Source: Acidimicrobiales bacterium (GTDB taxonomy: Bacteria > Actinomycetota > Acidimicrobiia > Acidimicrobiales > Bog-793). Taken from it: a DNA stretch of 64,000 bases. The position numbers were made by a program, and so were the translations under genes. Position 1 is the first letter of the stretch; each line of letters begins with the position of its first letter. Shown piece after piece: positions 46,950 through 56,751 of the stretch. The notes below the pieces were generated by a model that saw nothing but the letters and a program-made list of their open reading frames with translations, was not told the origin of the DNA and searched no databases. The stretch is from NCBI GenBank assembly GCA_050015475.1, contig JBEKBI010000015.1, forward strand, positions 182 to 64,181, read 5' to 3'.

Positions 46950-48383
46950 TCAGCCCCAAGCACCCCTCGTGGGCGGCATACCGCTTCTTTCTTCCTCGGA
47001 CACGACCCCCAGTGCTTGGTGCACGGAGATGCCGCCGTTCTCAAAGCCGATCACCGACGACGCCATGTAGAGGCGCCAGATCCTGGCGCGCACCAGTCCC
47101 GCCTCCTTCACGGCCGCGTCCCAGTTCGCCTCCAGGTTCGCCACCCAGGCGCGCAATGTGAGGGCGTAGTGCTCGCGAAGCGACTCGACGTCACGGCACT
47201 CGAAGCCGGCCCGTTCCATCGCGAGCACCGAGTCCCCCACGTCGAGCAGCTCCCCATCCGGGAACACGTACCGCCCGAAGAAGCTGCGCGGCCCGAGCTT
47301 GGATCCCCCGACCTCGGAGATGGCGTGGTTGAGCAATCTCCCACCCGGGCGGAGCAAACCGTGCAGGGTCTCGAAGTACTGGGCGGTGCGCACCTTGCCG
47401 ACGTGCTCGAACATGCCGACCGAGGAGATGGCGTCGAAGCGCTCGTCCTTCAGATCCCGGTAGTCCTGCACGCGGATCTCGACGCGATCGGCCAACCCGG
47501 CCGCGGCAACCCGCTGCCGGGCGTAGGCCGCCTGGGGCTCGCTCAGGGTTATTCCCACCACGCTCGCGTCGTAGTTGGCGGCGGCATGCATAGCCATCGT
47601 GCCCCACCCGCACCCGACGTCGAGAAGGCGAAGCGGGGCGCCCTCGGCAAGGCCCAACTTGCGACAGATGAGGTCGTGCTTGGACTCCTGGGCCTGTTCG
47701 AGGGTCATCCCCGGCTCGGCGAAGCGGGCACACGAGTAGGTCATGCTCGGTCCGATCACGAGCTCGTAGAAGCCGTTGCCGGCGTCGTAGTGGTGGGTGA
47801 CGGCCTTGGCGTCTCGCCTGAGGGAGTGCCGCAGCCCCCCGACGTGGACCTCCTCGGGCGGCACCGGCAGCGGGAACCCGACGGCGCCTGTGCTCAATGC
47901 GGCGGTGAAGGCGGCCGGCAGGGCGTGCAGACCCACGCGCAGGTCATGAGGGGCGACGGCATGGAGCGATTCGATCATCGCGATCAGGTCGCCGTGGAGC
48001 TCGATGTCTCCCGCCACATAAGCGCGGCCGAAACCGAGCTCCCCAGGCGCCCAGAGGATGCGCCGCAGAGCGTCCATCGAACGCACCTCGACCGTCCCGG
48101 GGCCGTCGGTTGGGCCGAAGCCGCTCCCGTCCCACAGTTCGAACCGGACCGGCACCTGACCCTTGAGCAGCTTGTGCAAGAGCGGCTGCAAGGCCACGGC
48201 CGCCGTCCTGCGCCTGCTTGGGGCAGCTTTGACGGGTTCGGCGCTCGACGAAGCGGTCTCTTCCACCTCGTCCTGCGACGGTCTGGATGCCTCTTTGGTA
48301 GCCACAGCATTCCTCCGGCGCTCTTTGGGACGCTGCCACCGGGCAGCGCCCTCGGCTTTATCGTTCCTCCCGCTGTCCGACAA
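46950..48383 (-). CDS. Cyclopropane-fatty-acyl-phospholipid synthase family SAM-dependent methyltransferase (start uncertain)
   Basis: SAM motif LLDVGCGWGTMAMHAA and CFA/mycolic-acid methyltransferase-like blocks (HYD.GN.FY, FEHVG). The basic ~60-aa N-terminus may not be translated. Confidence 0.85.
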   Translation of the reverse strand: MSDSGRNDKAEGAARWQRPKERRRNAVATKEASRPSQDEVEETASSSAEPVKAAPSRRRTAAVALQPLLHKLLKGQVPVRFELWDGSGFGPTDGPGTVEVRSMDALRRILWAPGELGFGRAYVAGDIELHGDLIAMIESLHAVAPHDLRVGLHALPAAFTAALSTGAVGFPLPVPPEEVHVGGLRHSLRRDAKAVTHHYDAGNGFYELVIGPSMTYSCARFAEPGMTLEQAQESKHDLICRKLGLAEGAPLRLLDVGCGWGTMAMHAAANYDASVVGITLSEPQAAYARQRVAAAGLADRVEIRVQDYRDLKDERFDAISSVGMFEHVGKVRTAQYFETLHGLLRPGGRLLNHAISEVGGSKLGPRSFFGRYVFPDGELLDVGDSVLAMERAGFECRDVESLREHYALTLRAWVANLEANWDAAVKEAGLVRARIWRLYMASSVIGFENGGISVHQALGVVSEEERSGMPPTRGAWG

Positions 48384-48600
48384 GCGGACTAAAATGGAGA
48401 TTATCCACGGACTTCGATCCGCAAAGCAAAGCCCGGGCGCGCTGGTCCCAGCGTCCCCTGCTGTCGGCGCCGCCGACCAGGCACCCCTAGCGCCTCAATA
48501 GCCCTCGGCTCGACTGCGGTGCCGGGCAGCCGAACGCCGTAACGGTCAAACTCGGGGCATGCGCGACGCTAGTAAGGTCCACGACTCCGTTTTGGCGGAG

Positions 48601-49722
48601 ATGAGACTGAACATTCAGGCCATCGAGCTGCGACTCGTCCACCTCCCTCTTCGAGCTCCTTTCCGCTCACCACTCGGGTCCGAGGCCGCTCGTGACGCGA
48701 TCGTCGTCCGGGTCGGCTCGGACCGGGGCGAGGGCTGGGGCGAATGTGTCGCGGGCGCCGATCCCCTCTACAGCTCGGAGTACGTGGACTCGGCCTGGCT
48801 GACCATGCGGCGCTACCTCGCACCAAAGCTGCTCGCTACAGCCGATCTCTCGGCCACCGATGTCCCCCGCCTCCTGGGCGAGGTCAAGGGTCACCGGATG
48901 GCCAAGGCGGCCCTGGAGATGGGCGTGCTCGACGCCCAGCTGCAGCTGCTCGGCGTCTCGTTCGCCGAGTTCCTCGGCGGCGTGAGGGACACCGTCGCTC
49001 CAGGGGTCGTCGTCGGCATCACGAGCTCGCTCGCAGAGTTGCTGGACACGGTCGCCGAGCACGTCCACCAGGGCTACGCGCGGGTCAAGCTGAAGATAGA
49101 GCCGGGCTGGGACTTGGTGCCGGTCGCCGCGGTCAGAGAGCGCTTCGGCTCCGACCTTCGCTTGCAGGTGGACGCGAACTGCTCCTACGAGAGAGCCGAC
49201 ATGGAGCTACTGGCCCGCCTCGAGGAGTTCTCCCTCGCCCTCATAGAGCAGCCGTTCGGGTCCGACGACCTGCTCAGCCATGCAGAGCTGGCACGGCGTA
49301 TCGCGACGCCGGTCTGTTTGGACGAATCGATCGTCTCGGCGAAAAGCGCCGCGAACGCGATCGCTCTCGGCGCCTGTTCGGTGGTGAACATCAAACCAGG
49401 ACGCGTCGGCGGCTACCTCGAGGCCCGCGCCGTCCACGACCTCTGTCAGTCCATGGACGTGCCCGTGTGGTGCGGCGGGATGCTGGAGACCGGGCTCGGT
49501 CGGGCGGCCAACCTCGCCCTCGCCTCGCTGCCCGGCTTCACGCTCCCTGGCGACATCTCCGCCACGGACAGGTACTTCGACGAGGACATAACGGCCCCCT
49601 TCGTGCTCCAGGACGGGACGATCGCCGTGCCCCGAGCACCTGGACTCGGTGTAGAGGTCCGCCATGATGTGCTCGACGCTCACACGAACCGCCTCGAGGC
49701 GATCACCGTCGACGCCTCCTGA
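48601..49722 (+). CDS. menC: Enolase-superfamily o-succinylbenzoate synthase / N-succinylamino-acid racemase-type enzyme
   Basis: KLKIEPGWD (KxK), metal ligands in QVDANCSY, LIEQP and CLDES, and a second catalytic Lys in NIKPGRVGG. Confidence 0.75.
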   Translation: MRLNIQAIELRLVHLPLRAPFRSPLGSEAARDAIVVRVGSDRGEGWGECVAGADPLYSSEYVDSAWLTMRRYLAPKLLATADLSATDVPRLLGEVKGHRMAKAALEMGVLDAQLQLLGVSFAEFLGGVRDTVAPGVVVGITSSLAELLDTVAEHVHQGYARVKLKIEPGWDLVPVAAVRERFGSDLRLQVDANCSYERADMELLARLEEFSLALIEQPFGSDDLLSHAELARRIATPVCLDESIVSAKSAANAIALGACSVVNIKPGRVGGYLEARAVHDLCQSMDVPVWCGGMLETGLGRAANLALASLPGFTLPGDISATDRYFDEDITAPFVLQDGTIAVPRAPGLGVEVRHDVLDAHTNRLEAITVDAS

Positions 49723-49978
49723 GCGGCGCCCGGACCGGCCCCCAAAGCGGGCGAGAGCCGCGCCATCTCCCCTTCCCGAAGCTTGTTCCAGGACCTAGCG
49801 TGTAGGGCCACGGACACTGGAGCAGACAACGGCAGGGCCCGCTCTGGCTCGGGACGCGACAACTCGGCATCGCTACGTCCTGTACCGGCAGCCACAATCG
49901 CCGCTTCGCGAGCTCCGGACCGCTACGTTGGTGGAGTCTTGTGAGACATTCCGACAGCGCCGAGATGAGGGAGGGGTT

Positions 49979-51475
49979 ATGGATGATATGACGCCGGCCG
50001 AAGGCGCGGGCGCCGTAACTGGAGGCAGCAGCGGTCAGGATCCGGGCGGGTCTCTCGTCCTCGACGCACCCCCATCTACGGAGAGCTACCAAGTCGGCAA
50101 GATCGAGCAAAGAGGCATCGAGCTCATCCCCGAGAACGACAGGCACATGAAGCCGTCGAACCTGTTCTGGATGTGGGCAGGCGCGACCTGGAACGTCGAG
50201 TTCCTTGTCTACGGAGCCCTGATCGTGTCGTTCGGGCTCTCGTTCTGGCAGGCGGTGCTGGCGATCCTCGTCGGCAACGTCTTCTACTCACTGCTCGGAA
50301 TCGCGAGCCTCCCCGGGCCGGAGACGGGCACAACGGCGTTCATGGTCAGCCGGGCACCATTCGGTCGAAACGGCAACCGAGCCCCGTCGCTCTTCAACTG
50401 GATCACTCAGGTCGGCTTCGAGGTCGAGGGCATCGTCATCATCGTGCTCATCGTCGAGGCGATGTTCCACCACGAAGGAACCACGCTCGACGCAGCCGCG
50501 AAGGTCGCCGTGATCATCGTTGCGGTGGCAATCCAATTCTTGGCGCCTTTCCTCGGCCACGCCACGATCACCAAGGTGCTGCGCTACCTGTCCTTCGTGT
50601 TCATCGTCGTCTTCGCCGTCATGGCGATCCTCGTCATCCCGCACGCCCACTTCAGCGCCCTGCACGGGCAGCACACCTCGTGGTGGCTCTGGACGACGGC
50701 GTTGGTGCTGATCGTCTCCGCCGGTGGGTTGGGATGGACGGAGAACGCGGCTGACTACTCGAGGTACCTCCCACGGGACACTCCAAAGGCCAAGACCTTC
50801 TGGTCCGCAACTCTCGGAGGGGCCATCCCGGCGGTCCTGCTCGAGCTCCTCGGCGCAGCCGCCTACATGGTCAGCCCAATGGCAACTCAGGCCTACGCCC
50901 TTCCCGCGACCTTCGCGAGCTGGTTCTTCTGGCCGTTCTTGATCCTCTCGATCCCACAGCTGTTCGCGATCAACTCGATCGACATGTACTCCTCCGGAGT
51001 GACGCTGCAGGCGATCGGAATCCCGGTCAAGAGGTGGGGCTGCGTGCTCATCGACACGATCATCTCGGGTGGGATAACCGCCCTGGTGATCTTCAAGGGC
51101 AACTTCTACACCGACCTGTCCGGGTTCCTCGACTACATCGTCGTGTGGCTCGGTGCCTGGTTCGGCATCCTGCTCGTCGACTACCTGCTGCGTCGCGGCA
51201 AGTACGACGTGACGTCCCTTGCCGCCAAGCACGGGGGCCTGTACTGGCGCAGCGGTGGCTTCAACTGGAAGGCACTTCTCGCGCTGGCTGCTGGCATGTT
51301 CGGGGCGATGATGTGGATCGACGCCGCCTTCTACGTGCCGGCTTACACCGGGCCGTTGTCGAATGGCACCAACGGAGCTGACTTCAGCTGGCTGTTCGGA
51401 ATGATCGTCGCCGCGGTCGTGTACCTGGTGTTGTCGGTGGGTTCCATCCGCAAGGAGAACCAACAGATTCACTAA
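49979..51475 (+). CDS. NCS1 family (purine-cytosine/allantoin-type) permease
   Basis: 12 TM segments with NCS1-like N-terminal blocks (ERGIELIPENDRH..., FWMWAGA). ATG 49979 is preceded by GGAGG with a 4-nt spacer. Confidence 0.65.
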   Translation: MDDMTPAEGAGAVTGGSSGQDPGGSLVLDAPPSTESYQVGKIEQRGIELIPENDRHMKPSNLFWMWAGATWNVEFLVYGALIVSFGLSFWQAVLAILVGNVFYSLLGIASLPGPETGTTAFMVSRAPFGRNGNRAPSLFNWITQVGFEVEGIVIIVLIVEAMFHHEGTTLDAAAKVAVIIVAVAIQFLAPFLGHATITKVLRYLSFVFIVVFAVMAILVIPHAHFSALHGQHTSWWLWTTALVLIVSAGGLGWTENAADYSRYLPRDTPKAKTFWSATLGGAIPAVLLELLGAAAYMVSPMATQAYALPATFASWFFWPFLILSIPQLFAINSIDMYSSGVTLQAIGIPVKRWGCVLIDTIISGGITALVIFKGNFYTDLSGFLDYIVVWLGAWFGILLVDYLLRRGKYDVTSLAAKHGGLYWRSGGFNWKALLALAAGMFGAMMWIDAAFYVPAYTGPLSNGTNGADFSWLFGMIVAAVVYLVLSVGSIRKENQQIH

Positions 51476-51927
51476 CACGTATTGCGGTTCGTAACGGGCG
51501 CCGTGCGCGTCCTGCGGGAGCGGTCCGGGGAGACTGGCTTCCGCAGGATGTTGCCGGCGCCTTTTGCGCGAAGGTCGCACGTCGCTCCCTCACCGACGCC
51601 TCACGCTCGCGGTGGGACTTGACCCGAAACATCCGCAGATCGTCGGCTGCGACATCCATGGCGCCCGAACCCGGGCGGCCGAGGCGGGACAGGAGCTGGA
51701 CCCACAGGCCGCCCGATCCCGCCGGGAAGCTGCGAAGCGACCCGGGTGCAAACCGGGACGCGGGCGATGATCGACCTTTGCGGGGATGCCTGTCGCACTC
51801 CCGCGAATGCCTGCCTCCTGCCTGCACCAGGTGGCGCTGCAGTGCCGCTTGGCCCCAAAGCACCGGAGACGGCTACCTGCCGGGTCGCGCCTCCAGCGAC
51901 GGTTCGCCCGTCATGAGTTCGGGCCTC

Positions 51928-53343
51928 TCAGGCCGCGGGACCAGTGACCAGCTGCACGACCGCGTTCTGCTGGCCGCCTGCGGCATTCCTCCAGTTCACC
52001 TGCACTCGGACGCCGGGGCGATACAGCTGCATCAGCCACACGAGCTCCGACGGTGATCCAACCGGCACTCCGCCCAGAGCCGTTATGGAGTCGCCCGCCA
52101 TCAACCCTGCCTTGGCCGCCGGCGAGCCGGCCACAACGGCGTGCACCAGTGCGCCAGGCGAGCTCGAGCCCGACGGTGCCGGAAGCACCTCAACGCCCAG
52201 GAACGCTGTCGGACCCACGTGCACGTTGGCCGAAGACCGGCCGGACTCGATCTGCTTGGCCACCGCCAGGGCCGGGCCGATCGGAATCGCATAGCCCTGC
52301 GTGCCCGGAGTCTCGAGCGAGAATCCCGTCGAGGCCGCGGTGTCGAGACCGATCACCTTTCCCGCGGCATTGACCAGGGGCCCACCCGAGTCACCCGCCT
52401 GAATGTCCGAATTGACCTCGATGAGGCCGGTCAGGTTCTCGGGATTGCCGCCGTCGTGTTCCGTGGCGGTGATCGACTGATTGATGGCCGTCACCGACCC
52501 GCCGGCGACGCTCGGTGTGCCTCCTGCGCCGCCCGCATTGCCGATGCCGACCACGGGCTCGCCCACGCGCACTTTGGCCGAGGGCGCGAACGAGGCGACC
52601 TTGAGGCCCGAGGCGCCGTTCACCTGCAGCACGGCGACGTCGCGTGCCCTGTCGTAGCCGACGACTGTCGCCGAATAGACCTGGCCGTTGCCGATGTCAG
52701 TCACACTGACGTTTGTAGCCCCGTCGATGACGTGGTTGTTGGTGAGGATCTCACCGTTGGAGGAAAGGACGATCCCGGTGCCGGCCGCCATCTCGCTCTG
52801 GTAGCCCAAAGTCGTGTCGACATCGACGAGGGCCGGGTCCACCTTCGCCGCTATGGCCGCAGGATCAGATGGACTGCCTTTCGCTGAGGAGGTCGCTCCC
52901 GAGGATCCCGAGCCGAAGGGGAAAGTGCTCCCGCCGAAGGGAAAGCCGAATGTGGGCAGCGTCGTCGAAGTTCTTGCCGAACCCGAGCCGCGCGTCGGCC
53001 AGACGAACCTGCCCAGGCCGAAGCCGGCCCCCATGCCGATGACGAGCAGGGCTACGGCAAACAGGGCCGGCGACACCCGGCGCGCCTTTTGCGGTGGCGG
53101 AGGCGGAGGAGGAACTGCCCAGTACGGCGCGGGAGGGTACGGGTAGGGCCACCTGGCACCCTGGCTCGGTCCCCCGGGGCCGCCGGGAACACCCGGGGGC
53201 ATCCAAGGGTCGCCAACCGGCCCCTGATCTCCTGGCATTGGCGAGGGAGTGGGCTCTGCTGCCGCGGGCGTGGTCTCGGGCCCCGGACCGCCAGCGGTCC
53301 ACGGGGCGGGAGCGTCGCTCTTGTGGTCCTCGTCCATCGCCAT
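51928..53343 (-). CDS. HtrA/DegP-family (S1C) serine protease with PDZ domain
   Basis: Catalytic blocks TNNHVI, RDVAVLQV and GDSGGPLV, with a Pro-rich N-terminal region plus a TM anchor and a C-terminal PDZ. ATG 53343/53337 is preceded by GAGGAGGAG. Confidence 0.9.
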   Translation of the reverse strand: MAMDEDHKSDAPAPWTAGGPGPETTPAAAEPTPSPMPGDQGPVGDPWMPPGVPGGPGGPSQGARWPYPYPPAPYWAVPPPPPPPQKARRVSPALFAVALLVIGMGAGFGLGRFVWPTRGSGSARTSTTLPTFGFPFGGSTFPFGSGSSGATSSAKGSPSDPAAIAAKVDPALVDVDTTLGYQSEMAAGTGIVLSSNGEILTNNHVIDGATNVSVTDIGNGQVYSATVVGYDRARDVAVLQVNGASGLKVASFAPSAKVRVGEPVVGIGNAGGAGGTPSVAGGSVTAINQSITATEHDGGNPENLTGLIEVNSDIQAGDSGGPLVNAAGKVIGLDTAASTGFSLETPGTQGYAIPIGPALAVAKQIESGRSSANVHVGPTAFLGVEVLPAPSGSSSPGALVHAVVAGSPAAKAGLMAGDSITALGGVPVGSPSELVWLMQLYRPGVRVQVNWRNAAGGQQNAVVQLVTGPAA

Positions 53344-53623
53344 CTCCTCCTCAGCGACGGTAGCTGAAACGTGTCTCTGCCCCGTCAGTAGACCAGATCT
53401 GTCTGGGAGTTTCCTGGGCCCGGCATGTGCGGACGCCGGGAAGCTCCCGCCACCGCCGCGGACCGGGCGCTTGTGGCATACAGCTTGCCCCAAGCCTCGG
53501 CGTCTCCATGGCTAGAGTCGGTGACGTCATGGCTCAAAGACGGCCCGGGGACCGGGATTTCGATCAACGGCGGGGGCGCCGGCGGCGCCCGACAGGCCCG
53601 AAACCTAAGGACTGACCCCCGAG

Positions 53624-55183
53624 ATGCCCGAGGTGGCGACGGCGGGACCGAAGCACGACCGCCGCTTGATCCTTGCCGTGCTCTGCGTGAGCTTGCTGCT
53701 CGTGAGCCTCGACAACACGATCCTGAACGTGGCGCTCCCGGTGATCGTGCGCACTCTGCACGCCTCGTCGAGCTCGTTGCAGTGGATCGTCGACTCCTAC
53801 GCCATCGTCTTCGCGGGATTGCTGCTTGTCGTCGGCAGCCTTGGAGACCGCGTCGGGCGCAAGTGGGTCTTCATGGGTGGACTCGTCATATTCGCGGCCG
53901 GCTCCGCCTTGTCCGCCTTTTCGGGCAGCGCCGACCGCCTCATCGCCGCCCGCGCCTTCATGGGCGTCGGCGGGGCGGCCATCATGCCCTGCACCTTGTC
54001 GATCCTCACGAACACCTTCACCGAGGCACACGCTCGAGCTCGCGCGATCGGGATCTGGTCCGGCACGACCGGGCTCGGCGTAGCGATCGGCCCCGTCGCG
54101 GGCGGCTGGCTCCTCGCCCACTTCTGGTGGGGATCCGTTTTCCTGGTCAATGTGCCCATCGCCCTCATCGGCTTGACCGCCACGGCTTGGATCGTCCCCA
54201 ACTCGAAGAATCCGCACGCCAAGCGGGCGGACCTGATCGGCGCCGGGCTCTCCATAGCGGGCATGGGCCTGTTGTTGTGGGGGATCATCGAAGCGCCCGA
54301 GCGGTCCTGGACCTCGCCTATCGTGATCGGCGCCATCGCGGCGGCTTTGGTCATCCTGGCGAGCTTCGTCTACTTCGAGCGCCACTCGAGCCACCCGATG
54401 CTGCAAACCTCGTTCTTCAAGTCCCGTCGGCTCTCGGTCGCCATGGCTGCCATGGCGCTTGTCATGTTCGCCTTGATGGGCGCGTTGTTCATGATCACCC
54501 AGTATCTGCAGTTCTCCCTCGGCTATACGCCCCTTGAGACGGGCCTCAGGATTGCGCCGATCGCTCTCGTGCTGCTCATCGGGGCGCCGCTGTCGAGCGT
54601 GATCGATCGTTGGATCGGGACCAAGCCGGTCGTGTTCACCGGCCTCGCCTTCATCGCCGTCGGCTTCGCCCTCCTCTCACGCGTCACCGTGCACGGCTCC
54701 TATCTGGACATGCTGCCCGCGCTCGTGATGATGGGCATGGGCACTGGCTTCGCTCTCGCCCCAAGCACGGAGTCGGTCATGGGATCACTGCCCATCTCCC
54801 AGGCCGGCGTCGGGGCGGCCACCAACGGCGCCGGCCTGCAGACAGGCGGCGCTCTCGGAGTGGGCGTGCTCGGCAGCCTGCTCAACACCAGGTACATGAA
54901 CCGCCTCAGCCCGGTGCTCGCCCGGCACCCCATGCCCGCCTCGGTGCTGCACCTGATCACAGGGTCGCTTGGCGGCGCTCTCGCCATCAGCAAGCACATC
55001 GGCGGCCTGCTCGGCTCAGAGCTGGCCGCCCTTGCTCGAAGCGCGTTCGTGAGCGGGCTCGACCTCGCCGTGACCGTCGGGGCGATCGTGGTAGGGGTCG
55101 CCTCCATCGCGGTTCTCGTCACCTTGCCCAACAGAGGCGGCCCGCCTGCGGCCGACGAGTCCGCCGAGGACGTGGCGAACTAG
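53624..55183 (+). CDS. MFS transporter, DHA2 (14-TM, EmrB/QacA-like)
   Basis: LDNTILNVALP N-terminal motif, a GDRVGRK loop, and 14 hydrophobic segments. Confidence 0.85.
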   Translation: MPEVATAGPKHDRRLILAVLCVSLLLVSLDNTILNVALPVIVRTLHASSSSLQWIVDSYAIVFAGLLLVVGSLGDRVGRKWVFMGGLVIFAAGSALSAFSGSADRLIAARAFMGVGGAAIMPCTLSILTNTFTEAHARARAIGIWSGTTGLGVAIGPVAGGWLLAHFWWGSVFLVNVPIALIGLTATAWIVPNSKNPHAKRADLIGAGLSIAGMGLLLWGIIEAPERSWTSPIVIGAIAAALVILASFVYFERHSSHPMLQTSFFKSRRLSVAMAAMALVMFALMGALFMITQYLQFSLGYTPLETGLRIAPIALVLLIGAPLSSVIDRWIGTKPVVFTGLAFIAVGFALLSRVTVHGSYLDMLPALVMMGMGTGFALAPSTESVMGSLPISQAGVGAATNGAGLQTGGALGVGVLGSLLNTRYMNRLSPVLARHPMPASVLHLITGSLGGALAISKHIGGLLGSELAALARSAFVSGLDLAVTVGAIVVGVASIAVLVTLPNRGGPPAADESAEDVAN

Positions 55184-55300
55184 GGGCCAGCGCGGCCCAG
55201 CGCCGGTCACCGCTTGCGGAAGGCTCAACCCGGCGTCGAAGTCCTCCGCGACGAAGTACTCAGAGGAACAAATTCGATAGACCGCCTGTAGGCTCGCTTC

Positions 55301-55801
55301 GTGCTCGCGACAGAGCGACTCCGTCTCAGAGCCTTCGAGCCCGGCGATGTCGACGCGATCGCGAGCCTGCTTGGTGACGCGACCGCCATGCGCTACGTCG
55401 GTGACGGCGAGCCGCATGACCGCAGCGCGGCCGAGGACAAGATGCGCGAGTCACGAGCGTCGCTTGAGGCGAACGGCACGGGCGCACTGGCGGTCGTGCT
55501 CAGCGCCACCGACGAGGTCATCGGATATTGCGGCATCGAGATCGGCGAGGACACCGGCGAGCTCGAGCTCAACTACGCGCTCTCCCCCTCGGTGTGGGGA
55601 AACGGCTTCGCCTTCGAGGCCGCCCGCGCCGTCGTGGACTACGCAGACACCTTCCTCGAGGTGCTCCTAGCCACGGCCGATCCCAGGAACTCCGCCAGCG
55701 TGCGGATCCTCGGGCGCCTCGGGTTCGAGCACACGCACACCGCCTATGACATCCACGGCCTGCCGACGGCCTTCTTCCGGCGGACCCGACCCGAGACATA
55801 G
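55301..55801 (+). CDS. GNAT family N-acetyltransferase (RimJ/RimL-like)
   Basis: 166 aa starting TERLRLRAFEPGD, with an acetyl-CoA-binding-like block WGNGFAFEAARA. Confidence 0.8.
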   Translation: MLATERLRLRAFEPGDVDAIASLLGDATAMRYVGDGEPHDRSAAEDKMRESRASLEANGTGALAVVLSATDEVIGYCGIEIGEDTGELELNYALSPSVWGNGFAFEAARAVVDYADTFLEVLLATADPRNSASVRILGRLGFEHTHTAYDIHGLPTAFFRRTRPET

Positions 55802-55907
55802 ATCGCGTCACTCACCCTCGCCCGTCATGTCCCGGGCGCCGCTCCGGTCTCGACGCGCCGCAAGACCTCGTCGGTGGCCGCAAGTCCTGCCCCGCTACGA
55901 TCGCAAG

Positions 55908-56645
55908 ATGGCTGCCGACGAACCCACGATCCTCGCCACCTCGGGCGGGGTGAAACAAGGAACCCGTTCCGCCGTCGAATTCGCTCCCCTCGTGCTGTAC
56001 GCCATCGAGCTCGCCGGTGTCAGCTCCCGTCGCCCCCGCCTTTGCCACATCGGCACGGCCGGAGGTGATGATCGCGCCTGGAACGCCATGCTGGCCGAGG
56101 CGGGACAGGCGGCAGGTGTCGACCTTGTCCACCTCAACTTGTTCCCGATGCCGAGCGTCGCCGACGTCGCGGGACTGCTCCTCGACCAGGACGTCGTCTG
56201 GGTCGGGGGCGGCAGTGTGGCCAACCTGCTCGCTTTGTGGCGACTGCACGGGCTCGACAAGACGCTCGAGGAGGCCTGGCGGGCCGGGGTCGTCCTCACC
56301 GGGGTGTCGGCCGGGTCGCTGTGCTGGCACGTGGGCGGGACGACCGACTCCTTCGGCCCGGATCTGCGACCGGTGACCGACGGCCTCGGCTTCCTCCCCT
56401 ACTCCAACGGCGTCCACTACGACGCCGAGCCTCAGCGCCGCCCGCTGCTCCAACGCCTCATCGCCGAGGGGACGCTCCCTGAGGGATACTCGACCGACAA
56501 CGGTGTCGGTCTTGTGTACCGGGGCACCACTCTCGTGGAGGCGGTCACCGAGGTCCGTGGACAGGGCGCCTACTTCGTCCGGCGCGATGGCGACCGCGCC
56601 GTTGAGGAGAGGATCGAGCCGAGGGTCCTTTCCGGGGCCGTTTGA
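55908..56645 (+). CDS. S51 family peptidase (peptidase E / cyanophycinase-like)
   Basis: VWVGGGSVANLL and the nucleophile block LTGVSAGSLCW. The start is taken at ATG 55908. Confidence 0.7.
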   Translation: MAADEPTILATSGGVKQGTRSAVEFAPLVLYAIELAGVSSRRPRLCHIGTAGGDDRAWNAMLAEAGQAAGVDLVHLNLFPMPSVADVAGLLLDQDVVWVGGGSVANLLALWRLHGLDKTLEEAWRAGVVLTGVSAGSLCWHVGGTTDSFGPDLRPVTDGLGFLPYSNGVHYDAEPQRRPLLQRLIAEGTLPEGYSTDNGVGLVYRGTTLVEAVTEVRGQGAYFVRRDGDRAVEERIEPRVLSGAV

Positions 56646-56720
56646 GCGCCACCGCCCGAACAGGTGACAGCCGGTCCCCTCGTAAGGCCGGGTGACGGTA
56701 GAGGCTATGCCCGAGATGTA

Positions 56721-56746
56721 AGGGCCTTACGGTCGGACAAGGCCCT
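56721..56746. terminator. Candidate stem-loop between convergent genes (S51 peptidase / aguA)
   Basis: AGGGCCTT (56721-56728) and AAGGCCCT (56739-56746) are exact inverted repeats with a 10-nt loop, 6 nt beyond the aguA stop. An alternative 9-bp pairing is CGTAAGGCC (56681-56689) with GGCCTTACG (56723-56731). Confidence 0.35.
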
Positions 56747-56751
56747 CCTCC

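Noticed and set aside
49780-49850. Resemblance of the NCS1 leader to a ykkC/guanidine-I riboswitch core
   Set aside because: Only short fragments (CUAG, ACGGCAGGG) match what I remember of the consensus. The hallmark GGUCCGAGAG and AAGCCCGGGAGA segments are absent. It is reported only as an unclassified long leader, not as a riboswitch call.
51384-51863. 159-aa minus-strand ORF in the permease/HtrA gap
   Set aside because: Third-position GC is noticeably lower than in genuine genes by my count. The ORF overlaps the permease 3' end, it is Arg/Pro/Ser-rich, and no family was recognised.
53574-53590. GGGCGCC-GGC-GGCGCCC palindrome upstream of the DHA2 MFS gene
   Set aside because: It is a pure G/C palindrome in a very GC-rich genome and is likely to occur by chance. 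No cognate regulator gene is adjacent.
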